This document shows positions 24,528 through 35,502 of a DNA stretch of 64,000 bases, piece after piece. Each line of letters starts with the position of its first letter. Position 1 is the stretch's first letter. Source of the stretch: Octopus sinensis (Eukaryota); assembly GCF_006345805.1 (NCBI RefSeq), contig NW_021834792.1:1-64000 (forward strand). The letters are read 5' to 3'. Position numbers and translations under genes: made by a program. The notes beneath the pieces are model-generated. The model did no database searches and had not been told where the DNA came from. It saw nothing but the letters and a program-made list of their open reading frames with translations.

Positions 24528-25113
24528 GTATTAAAGCGCTACTAATAGTTTCATATGTTGAGAAAACTCAAACATATTCTTCAGGCGTAAACCTCATATC
24601 ATAACGAACTAAATAAATTGAATAATAGAAGAAACGCGAAAAATTTGAAAAGGCAGCGTATAGAAAACGCAGACAGTAAACAACGGAAAATGGAAAACGG
24701 AAAACAGAGACTAAAATGCAAAAAGATAGACTCTAAATGATAAGGCTGGAAAGATATCTATTGAACTCCAGGTCAGAAATTTTCAGTCGTTGTATGCATA
24801 CGTATAAATATATTTTGAAGAGTCGGAAAATTCCGTCTGTTCCTGATGGACTTGATATCTTTCCAGGCTTATCATTTAAGATAGATCTTTTATATTTTTA
24901 CTTTTTATTTTTGGCATTTTAGTTTCTGTTTTTCGTTTTCCGTTTTTCGTTTTCCATTTTTTTACTGCCTGCGTTTCCTATACGCTGTCTTCTCAAATTT
25001 TTCGCGTTTTTTCTATTATTTAATTTCTTTAGTTCGTTATGATATGTGGTTTGCGCCTGCAGAATATGTCTGAGATTTCTCAACATAAGAAATTATTAGT
25101 AGCTCGTTAATAC
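24528..25113. mobile_element. Foldback element with ~235-255-bp inverted arms (MITE-like or inverted Penelope-type repeats)
   Basis: Arm 24528-24763 is the reverse complement of 24858-25113 (gtattaa..gctactaata.ttt..tatgttgagaaa...aaatgataag.ctggaaagatatc); spacer ~95 bp. Confidence 0.9.
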
Positions 25114-25329
25114 GAATGTAGCAACCTTTAAATGAATAATTATATATATGTGTTTATACATGTATATATATATACATACACACACACATATATGGGTGTG
25201 TGTGTGTATGTGTATATATAATGTATATATATATATATATGTGTGTATATGTATATATATATATATACATACATATATATATATATGTACGTGTGTGTAT
25301 GTGTGTTTGTATGTATGTATGTATGTATC

Positions 25330-25480
25330 CCAACACATTTTTTCTCTCTCTATTTTTCCCCTCTCAATCCTTTCTGTTGAAGAGTGTAGGCTCGAAACAT
25401 CGAAGACTTTTCCATTCTTCCCAAGCGTGAAACTAATACACCTGCTTGTTGTTCCTTCAACTCTCTTCGTCTTTTGTTTT
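25330..25480 (+). mobile_element. Family P1 Penelope-like repeat
   Basis: ctttctgttgaagagtgtaggctcgaaacatcgaagac...atacacctgcttgttg. Confidence 0.75.
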
Positions 25481-26624
25481 CAACATATATATATATTTTT
25501 GTATATATGTTGAACAGCTTTTCTTTTATGCATTTCATTTAATACACGGATGAGTTCAAGTTTTATGTCTTTATTTTAGTTTTTTTCTTCACATTTTCTT
25601 CTTTTTTACAGCTAGTTTGGAATAATGAAATTCCTAATCCATATTCACTGCTGTAAAGGGACTTTGAAACTCAACAGTTTTTCGAACTTATCGTGTATTT
25701 TCTCATTCAAAGCTGCGGCAGCGGTCAACAAGCATATTATTTACTGATGCGCAAGCAGATAGTAATTCATGGATTGCGCATAGAACTGTGACAATTCAAA
25801 CAATAACACTATCTATTCATTTCTAATACGTTATGGAAGATTAGCATGTAAATATCTACTCACTGTTGTTTTTCATCATGGGAGAACACTTCCTCTTATT
25901 AAATTATGTGTATTCATATAACACATTTTTTCACGGGTGTAATGGGACTTTGAAACACCAAAGCGTTTCGACCTTGTTACATATCTTCTCATTCAAAGTT
26001 ATTACGCCGGCCTGATGAGTAACGACGTGTGTTCATAATACATGAGACTTACCACTGTAAAGAAGAGTTTGTGGCAACACGTTGCTTCGACTTTGTGTGC
26101 TTCGTCAGCCAAAGCTAGGACATCAGACTGACGAATCTGAGAAGAACATAATCTCTTATTTATCGTAATCAGTAAACATTTTTTTTTTACTGATGCGTGA
26201 ATTAAGACTAAATAGATACGTTATTATTTGCATTCTCACTGTTATGCATGCGCCCCGTGAATTTATGTAAATTTTTCCACCAAAGTCACGTATTGATTTG
26301 TTTGTTGATAGAATCTGACAATAAGGTGGAAGGTGAATCATTTCAAAGGTTCAAAGGTTAATTTGTTTGGTTAAAGTTTGTATAAAAATCCAATATAAAT
26401 TCTGATATAAATGAGAGATCGAGGAAATGAAAGTGAAAAATAAGTATTGATATTTTCAGAAAAAAAAAACGCCCTTCGACTTCCGTTGGGTTAAAGTTTA
26501 ACAAAACATACCGTGGCATATGGTGGTGATGGTTGTAGTGGTGGTGGGGTTGGAGTGCAAGAAAGCCATCGTGTTTCGTAGGGTTTTGATTCGTAATCTC
26601 ACCCCTGTCCCTTCTTCACTATCT

Positions 26625-26730
26625 CGTTCACTCACTCACTCACTCACTCACTCACTCACTCACTCACTCACTCATTCACTCACTCACTCACTCATTCACT
26701 CACTCACTCACTCATTCACTCACTCACTCT
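26625..26730. repeat. (CACT)n microsatellite
   Basis: Directly visible. Confidence 0.95.
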
Positions 26731-26998
26731 CTTTTCTCATTCCTCCCTCTTTCTTCAATATGTTTTGTATGTCTGTGTATTATATATGAATACATGTACA
26801 TACATACATATATATATTCATGCACAGACACACATATATAAATGTGTTTTGTAAATATGCGTGCATCAATATCAATACACATATAGGCATATATGAATAT
26901 ATGTTTATATATATATATATATACGTGCATGTGTGCGTGTGTGTTTGTGCTTATATAAGTGTTTATACAGAAACACCAACAAGGACGCTCATAATTAT

Positions 26999-27042
<44 letters not shown>

Positions 27043-27359
27043 TAGAGAAAAAGAAAAAGAGAGAAAGAAAGAAAGAAAGAAGAAAGAAAGAAAGAAAGAA
27101 AGAAAGAGATGGGGAAGGATAGAATGGAGGAAGGGGAGAGTTGAAGAGAGATACATTTAGCACAGCAACCAATGGCAAGTAGCAGAAACCGCAACAATAG
27201 TCACAACTCTGTATACGCAAATCCCTCTTGACATGTTATAATTTCTATTCCTCAGAGTGTTGAGTTCTTGTAAACATGCCATAATTGATCTTGTAGGAAT
27301 GGTGTAAACACAGCCTCTACATGCTTATCATCGCATTCATATCTAGCGCAGAATTATTA

Positions 27360-27364
27360 TCAGT

Positions 27365-27409
<45 letters not shown>

Positions 27410-27500
27410 AGCAGCATCGTCATCATCATCATCGTCGTCGTCATCATCATCGTCGTCTTCATAATCATTGTTATCATCATCATCATTATCATCGTTGTCG

Positions 27501-27557
<57 letters not shown>

Positions 27558-27590
27558 ACAACAACAACACTTATCATAATCTCTTCGCAA
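27360..27590. repeat. (CAT)n/(CAG)n/(CGT)n trinucleotide tract
   Basis: Directly visible; source of the poly-D and poly-M ORFs. Confidence 0.95.
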
Positions 27591-28699
27591 ACATTGTGCA
27601 TCACCACCACTTCATAGTCAACATATCAAAAGACCTCAATATTAGGCGCCGCCGTTATTCACCGTTTGTTTGCTTGATTGATTGATAAGCTTTCGTTCAT
27701 TCTTTTCTGTTTTTCTCTTTCTTTCTTTTTTATTTTTTATTTTTTATTTTTGCAATGTATGTCCAAGTCAATTGTGATCGTGCAGAATTATGTTAAAAAG
27801 CAATTTCAGCTGTGACTGTTCTGTCATTTTTAGAGCTATCCTTTTGGTATCCATCCAGGGAGGAAATCTATTAAGCGATTTGTCCTATCTTTATTTTGGA
27901 CAGTAGGTTAGGAGTCGAAAAATATTTATCAATATTTAATAACTCATTAACTCGTTTGTTACTACCTCACCGGAAACCACCCCTACTTCTATTATACAAA
28001 CTTGCTGTTTTGAAGAAATATAAATGAAAATTTGGCATAAAATTCTCATTATTTATGAGCTGTAGGCAATGGCTCTGTGCTTAACAGGTTTGTTTCGCTA
28101 CAATGAGGCTTCGGGTTCAATCCTACAGCACGACACCTTGAGCAAATGGGTTCTACTATAGCCCCAGGCGGATCAATTAATTGTAAGTTAATTTGTCGGA
28201 CAGAAACTGAGAGGAAGCCGGTTGTATGTATTTATCTCGCTCTGGATGGAGTACTTTATTGATGTTTCTACCTGTAAACTATATATATTTACGGATATAG
28301 GATAAAGAATTATTAATTTAATAATTGATAAATTTTACCAAGTAGTTTCGTTATGGAAAGAGAACCATTATCGGTAGAAACTTTTACAAAATGTATTTTT
28401 TATATATATAATTAAATATAATTTAGGGTTTAGCAACAAGTTGCTTTACCACATACCGAAAATTTAGAAATAGCAACCAAAGACAGCTAATTCCTTTTCA
28501 CTGCAGATATGACTTCACAGGTAACAATATTTGTAACTCACATAGGCAAAAAGAAGAAAAGATAACGAAATCAAACAGTCTTCGATTAATTATGGACGCG
28601 TTTTTGGATTAGAATTATACAAATTCATTTCCGTCATCAACATAATATTTCGAGAAATTGTAAATTTGAAAATGCTAGAAACCTACCCTTTGTATCCCG

Positions 28700-28755
28700 A
28701 TCCTTGTCGCTGAAGAGGTCACAGATGTGTGACGAAAGATTTCCGGACAATGGAT
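28700..28755 (+). ncRNA. Candidate minimal type I hammerhead ribozyme
   Basis: Stem I atcc-ttgtc-g / c-g-gacaa-t-ggat; core CTGAAGA 28710-28716; stem II GTCACA-gatg-TGTGAC; GAAA 28734-28737; minimal helix III A-[GATT]-T; UUC cleavage triplet ending at 28743. Confidence 0.65.
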
Positions 28756-28864
28756 ATGAGTTAAAATAAGAACCGTAATAAACGAGTGAAGAACGAATAT
28801 ATAGTGCTTGTGTTTATTTGGCAAAACAAAAATGACCGTCTCGAAATACAACAATATGTATATA

Positions 28865-29030
28865 TACGACCGGTTTCTTTCAGTTTCCGTCTACCAAATT
28901 CAGCCACAAGGCTTTGGTTAGCCCGAGGCTATTGTAGAAGACACTTGCCCAGGGTGCCACGCAGTGGGACAGAAACCGGAACCATGTGGTTCGGAAGCAA
29001 ACTTCTTACTACACAGTCACTGCCTGCGCC
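28865..29030 (-). mobile_element. SINE family B 5' part
   Basis: tttcagtttccgtctaccaaatt...gaagacacttgcccagggtgccacgcagtgggac...cttactacacagtcactgcctgcgcc. Confidence 0.88.
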
Positions 29031-29274
29031 TATGTTTAAAACGGTTTGAATGGAATATTTTTGCCGATAATTTGAGCATATTGAATAATGTAGTTCTGGA
29101 ATGACAAAACAGCATTGTCCAAAATCGTTCTTCATGTCTATGAGGATATGTATGGAGTTTTATTTCAAAGCATAACTTTTATGGTTTTACGATGAAACGT
29201 ATTGTTTGTTTTATTCTTTTTAATCCTTTAACTGAGAAATTAAACTTCATTGTTATTCTAGTAATAATATTGGT

Positions 29275-29475
29275 TTAAAATTTTGGCACAAGGCCAGCAA
29301 TTTCGGGGATAAAGGTTAAGTAGATTACACCAATACGCAGTGTTCAAATGGTACTTATTTTATCGACCTCCGAAAGGATGAAAGGTGAAGTCGGAATTTG
29401 AACTCAGAACATAAAGACAAAATGCCGATATGCATTTTTCCCGGCGTGCTAACGATTCTGCCAGCGCGCCGCCCT
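29275..29475 (-). mobile_element. SINE family A
   Basis: ggcacaaggccagc...ggaatttgaactcagaac...gtgctaacgattctgccagc. Confidence 0.85.
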
Positions 29476-30619
29476 TATTCTAATAATGATATTAAAATGT
29501 ATCAAAAAATACAAATGGCATTTCCTGAAAGTTACGTTTCCCCAATCAGCCTGACATATTTGAAAATAAAATAGTTTCAAGCTAGATATTCCTTTACAAA
29601 GATAGTTCGGTATATAAAATTGACTTCTGTAGTTAAGGGTAATGAAATTTCGAATGAATATATCTGAATGTTGCAGTAAAAGCGTCGAAATGTGCATGGT
29701 ATTTTTTTTCGAACGCAGAAACACCATTAGAACAGCATAAATATTGAGTAAATTACGCTTACAAAGTGGAAAATTTCTTTGTACGAAAAAAAATTATCAT
29801 CTAATTGTATCGTACAATGCACATTTCGATACTTACAAAATACATACGTTAGTTTGTTTATATTTATATACACGTAATTGTGCATTTAGCTTTATAGCCC
29901 ATAAATTTGAGTATGAATTTGTCACCCGGCAGTTTAGCTTAATGTTAAAGCACTCAACTGGCGTTTTTGAGGGAATTCGGTTCGAAAACTATGGCTGCTT
30001 CTTGACAAATTTTCCCGCTTTGTGAGAGTAATTTACCCAATATTTCTCCTGTTCGAACGGCGTTTCTGCGTTCGAAAGAAAAATTATCATCTAATGGATA
30101 TCGTTTAAGTTATAGTTTTTAAATTCAAATTACGATGGACGTAAATAAACAAACGAAATTTGCCTTAGAAGCGTTGAGATGACTTAGAAAGTTAAAGAAG
30201 TGATTTTAAATTCTCAAACGCAGGATGATGCTAATAATATAGTCTGAACAGGATAAGCTACCCCTATTTTGCAGAAAAAAGTGTTGGCGGCCGGCTATAA
30301 AATTTTTAAATGATGAGTAAGTTTTTTTAAAGGTATGATTTGGAGACGATAGGTGGGATATTTTTGCTATTTTTAAAACGGTGGGTGTAGGATAAATCTG
30401 CCGGCAAAATGGATATATTGAATACCGTAGGTTTAGAAATATAGAAATACATTATGCAAAATGGTTCTTCCTTTTTAGGACGTTACGTATAATATTTTTT
30501 ATTTCGTTTTGCAATCTGAATACATTGAGTAATGTAGTTCTAGAACAACCGAACTACATTATCCAAATTAGTTTTCCATTTTTAAGACGGTAGGTATGGT
30601 TATTAGAAAGATTTTGTAG

Positions 30620-31056
30620 CTACAGGAGATCTTGCTAAGGATCAACGCAATACGCTCTCAAAAATAAAAGTTGCTGATAAAACAGCTTCTACAATTAATA
30701 AACAACAGAATGTGAGATATCGTAGACATACTGGCAACATTTGCAAAAGGCAATATCCCTCGTATAAATCAAGTAATCCATGTAGTAGTAATAGTAGTCA
30801 CAATACAAAATGGGTATCTCTTAAACCATATCTCGTATACAAACATCTAAACCGAAAGAAACAATGTTGCGGGTGAATAAAAAAGCATCTTGTGTATGTA
30901 TAATGATAGCAAATAAAGTATAAGATCTCTTAATCCTTAATGAGATAGAAAAAGTAAACAGACCAAGCCATAACAATGGTGATGATGATGATGATGATGA
31001 TGATGTTGATAATGTTGATAATGATGGCGACGATGATGATGATGACGATGATGACG

Positions 31057-31087
<31 letters not shown>

Positions 31088-31091
31088 TAAC

Positions 31092-31123
<32 letters not shown>

Positions 31124-31144
31124 TAATAATAATAATAATAATAA

Positions 31145-31175
<31 letters not shown>

Positions 31176-31180
31176 AAGAA

Positions 31181-31213
<33 letters not shown>

Positions 31214-32030
31214 GAAGATGATGATGGTGATAGTGGAGGTGGTTATGATGATGGTGATGATGATGATATGATGACGACGACGACGATGAATGATGATGAT
31301 GATGATGATGATTAATAACAAAAAAGGAAAGCAAGACAAACATTATTACTGAAATATAAAAATAACAAAAAGAAAACTTACCTGAAAACAATGAACGCAT
31401 TAGACAAGATCTTCGCAAAATCACAAAGAATCTGAGATCTGTTTTTTCTTTTTCTCTTTTTTTTCCTTTCTTTGTTTATTGCCTTTAGTTTTAGTTTTGT
31501 TTTGTTTTGTTTTGTTTTTTCTTCCTTTTCTGGAGAAAAACATAATCTCCAGCCCAAAATGATTTTACCGCGAATTAGAGAAGAACGTAACAGAGACCAA
31601 CGCTGCGGTAACAGTAGAAGAAAGTAGAATTGTGGATGGGAGGGAATTGGTGAGGACAAAAAGATAAAGTGTTATGGTTGATAATGCTAAAAGGCAAAAA
31701 AGGAAAAAGAGAAAATAAACACAAACAACAAAAAAGAAAAAGAAAAACTTTACAAAAGCTGAACAATCCTGGGAAGAAATATGTAACCAAAAAAGTAACT
31801 TAAATATGACTTGACAAATCATACATACGTAAATAAAATAGCATAATATAAAATCTTGGAAGCAACGGGGAAATGATAAAAATGGTAAATATAGGAAACG
31901 GGTACTTACAAGATGCTGGTAAATATATTCAACGATTTATTGAAAAGAATCATAAATGAAAATAATCATAAATGAATAGCTGATCGACGGAAAAAGACCG
32001 ACAAAGCAAAAAAATTAATGAAAAATCTGA
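30620..32030 (+). pseudogene. Possible ancient R4/Dong-like ORF fragments interrupted by microsatellites
   Basis: Degenerate translations: DILATFAKGNIPRINQVIHVVVIVVT, NERIRQDLRKITKNL, EQSWEEICNQKSNLNM, SWKATGND. These resemble the pre-RT region of R4-clade proteins. Confidence 0.4.
30976..31320. repeat. Compound (GAT)n/(AAT)n/(AAG)n tract
   Basis: Directly visible. Confidence 0.95.
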
Positions 32031-32119
32031 AAGCTTTCACACCAATTATATTGCAAACGTCAAATCAATGTTTGTGACGTTGGGAAAACAAACGTTTCAA
32101 ACGTCAAATTAACGTCAAA

Positions 32120-32640
32120 TCGACATTTCATTCTTTCGGGGGTCGATGAAATAAGTACCAGTCAATTATATCAACTGGAGTTGATATAATTGACAAGCTC
32201 CCTCACCCAAAATCTTAGGTCTTGAGCCAAAATTTGAAGCCAATATTTTGGTAAGATAAAGCTGCGAGCTGCCTGAATTGCTAAGTACGCCGGGCTAAAT
32301 GCTTAGCAGTATTTTGTCCGTTTTCGCGTTCTGAGTTCAAATTCCACCGAAGTCGACTTTCCCGTTCATCCTTTCTGACTTGATAAAATTAGTACCAGTT
32401 AAACACTGGGGATGATGTAAAAGACTTCCTCCTTCCCACGAACTTACTGGCCTTGTGCCAAAAATTGGAAATCAATATTTTCGTATGCTAAGACGATGAG
32501 CTGGTAGAATAGTTAGCACGCTGAACAAAATGCTTACGTTTTGAGTTCAAATTCCGGTGAGGTCGACTTTTCATCTTAAGTACCAGTTGAAGATTAGGGC
32601 CGAATTTTCTGGCCTTGTGCCAAAATTTGAATATAGTATT
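32120..32640 (+). mobile_element. Three degenerate SINE family A copies
   Basis: Repeated gagttcaaattcc, aagtaccag and ggccttgtgccaaaa motifs. Confidence 0.8.
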
Positions 32641-32975
32641 TTGTTAAGTGCATGTGTTACTTCAGAATAGGATGTAAGCGTTTATCGTTTCACTCATTGA
32701 ACCGCCTTGGAATTTCAGTCGAACAGATCGGTACCAGTATTTATTTTTTAATTCTGTTCTCTTGGTCTTATTTTGACGAACTTTTAAGTTACATGTAATT
32801 AAACAAAACAACACCGGTCGAGAAACTGTGGAAAACAAACACTAGCATAAAGACAAATACAAACTCATACACACAGTCATGTATGGACACATACATACAT
32901 ACATACATACATGCATACATACATACATACATACATACATACATACATACATACATACATGCATGCATGCATGCA

Positions 32976-33006
<31 letters not shown>

Positions 33007-33065
33007 CATACATACATACATACATACATACATACAGACAGACAGACATGCGTCTATACATACTG

Positions 33066-33951
33066 CGCTTGCAGTCCAGGGACAGGCAATATCAACCAAA
33101 AACCTGATGCACAAAAGGGATAGAGATGCAGGAAAAGCAGTTAAATGTGATAACCGATGCAGACTTTGTGGAGTTAACACCGAAGATATCACGCACATCA
33201 ATAACAGTTGTCCGAAAAAGTCATCACGGTATTATCTACCGATGAAACATGATGTTGTAGCTTGGACACTTTATAATGTAATCTGTCGGAGGAATAACTC
33301 CGAGGACAAAGAAATAAGAACCCACAGTTTGGTAGAAGCCATAGCCACTCATAATAAAAAGGAGTAGTGGTGGAATGTCCCAGTGAAAACCTCAATAAAA
33401 TGTAAGCACAATAGATCAGATATATAATGTTTTGGAATAGAGGAGAGAAACTGTGGAAATTAGTTGCCCAACGGATGTTAACATGAAGCTAAAGAACAGT
33501 GAAAAGAGAATACCTATGCTGAACTATTAAGAAATCTGCAGTTACTCTATCCAGATTACAAGTTCAGGTTTATACCTGTAATTATTGGGGCCCTGGGATA
33601 TGTAATACACTGCCTAAATACCAATCTTGAGAAATTAGGGTTCTCAAAACCAGAAGGGAGACAGCTAATTCAAAGGCTACACATCCAATCCATGATAGGA
33701 ACTGTAAATATCTGTAAAACTTTCCAGAAGTTTATCATTTAAATATATGTGAGCACTTCTAGATATTCAGGTATATGCATGAGAATACATGCATAAACAA
33801 AACATGCAAATTTGCACATATACATACATACATGCAAACAAAAGTCTTCTATTGCTGATGTTGAAATTCCAATGAAGGAGCCTCGGGTCTTGCTTAGAAA
33901 GCAGCTCTTTCTCAATTGGCAAGAAATCTTGAAATAAAATTGAATAATGAC
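33066..33951 (+). mobile_element. 5'-truncated R4/Dong-clade non-LTR retrotransposon (CCHC knuckle, restriction-like endonuclease, 3' UTR)
   Basis: CRLCGVNTEDITHINNSC...KHDVVA; KE*WWNVPVKT..KHNRSDI (RPD-like); VEISCP; FIPVIIGALG; ends KFII*. Contains stops and frameshifts; (TACA)n on both sides. Confidence 0.9.
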
Positions 33952-33994
33952 ATACGTACATACAAACATACATACATATGTACTTACATACATA

Positions 33995-34140
33995 CATACG
34001 ACGAGCTACTTTCATCTTCTGTTTCAAATCCCCACACGGCTTTAGTCGGCTCGAGGCTATTGTAGAAGACACGTGCACATAGTGTCACGCAGTAGAACTG
34101 AACTGGGAATCACGTGTTGCTACACAGCCACTCCTGCGCC
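33995..34140 (-). mobile_element. SINE family B 5' part
   Basis: ttgtagaagacacg...gctacacagccactcctgcgcc. Confidence 0.8.
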
Positions 34141-34157
34141 GATGGTTGTAAGTATAT

Positions 34158-34555
34158 AAGGCGGCGAGCTGGCACAAACGTTAGCACGCCGGGCGAAATG
34201 CTTTGCGGTATTTCGTCTGCCGTTACGTTCTGAGTTCAAATTCCGCCGAGGTTGACTTTGCCTTTCATCCTTTCGGGGTCGATAAATTAAAGTACCAGTT
34301 ACGCACTGGGGTCGATGTAATCGACTTAATACCTATGTCTGTCCTTGTTTGTCCCCTCGATGTTTAGCCCCTTGTGGGTAATAAAGAAACAGGTATTTCA
34401 TCTGCCTTTACGTGCAGAGTTCAAATTCCGCCGAGGCTGACTTTGCATTTCATCTTTTCGGAGTCTATACATTAAGTACCAGTTGCGTACTGGGTTCGAT
34501 CTAATAGACTGGCCCCCTCCCCCCAAATTTCGGATCTTGTGCCTAGAGTAGAAAA
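34158..34555 (+). mobile_element. SINE family A dimer with degenerate TSD
   Basis: Units at 34208 and 34393; gatggttgtaagtatata (34141-34158) versus gatgattgtaagtaaata (34556-34573). Confidence 0.9.
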
Positions 34556-34634
34556 GGATGATTGTAAGTAAATAACAAAAGAATAAAACTTGTTGTAATG
34601 TTACGAGACAAATACAGGTATATCAAATACTGTA

Positions 34635-34930
34635 CAACATCTGACGGTTTCAACGATGAGGGTTCCAGTGATCCGATCAATACAACAGCGTGCTCGTGAA
34701 ATTAATGTACGAGTGGCTGAGCAATTCCATAGATACGCGTGCTCTTAACGTAGCTCTCATAGCTCTCAGGGAGAATCAGCGTGGCAGAGAATGTGGAAAA
34801 GCTGGCCCCTTGAGGTATAAGTAGAATTCATTTTTGCTAGCTGAGTGAACTGGAGCAACGGGAAATAAAGCGTCTTGCTCAAGGTCACAAAGCGCCGCCA
34901 GGAATCGAACTCACGACCATACGATTTTGA
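34635..34930 (-). mobile_element. tRNA-derived SINE family D
   Basis: gagggttccag..gatccgatcaa...gctcgtgaaattaa...cttgctcaagg...ggaatcgaactcacgacc; reverse complement of 39838-40092. Confidence 0.85.
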
Positions 34931-35184
34931 TCCGAATACTTTTAACAGAGTGTTTTTTTAAGCTATAGATTCTGGAAGCCTTATTAGCAATGAGTATGGT
35001 AAATACCTTTGTCCTCATTTATTGCGGGGAGAGGAACTAAAAGACAGTGATAATTGAATCCTCTTCACACACTGTAAATGAAACGAATAGTAGATTCATT
35101 TGACATCAACTCGCGGTCCATAGCAACGAAACTTCCACCGTCAAGTACTTTCTGGATTATTTCCACGTTTCATATTTCTTTATT

Positions 35185-35345
35185 TCCCACAAGGGGCTAA
35201 ACATAAAGGGGACAATCAAGGACAGAGAAAGGGATTAAGTCGATTAGATCGACCCCAGTGCGTAACTGGTACTTAATTTATCGACCCCGAAAGGATGAAA
35301 GGCAAAGTCGACCTCGGCGGAATTTGAACTCAGAACGTAACGCGC
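35185..35345 (-). mobile_element. SINE family A fragment
   Basis: ccacaaggggctaaaca...gaatttgaactcagaacgtaac. Confidence 0.9.
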
Positions 35346-35502
35346 TCCATCTATCCTACAGCACACATGCTACTTAACCTGTAGCCGGGACCTTAACAGT
35401 TGTTGCTACTCCGGGTCAAAGTAGACCTGGAAACAACAGTGACTAAGAGGTGGTTCAAGACCATTACATTACAAAGGCCTCCCACTCCCGGATGCAGTTT
35501 AA

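Noticed and set aside
26008-26140. C/D snoRNA (CTGATGA...CTGA) or decayed hammerheads
   Set aside because: Box C lacks the leading purine and there is no terminal stem; the hammerhead reading lacks GAAA.
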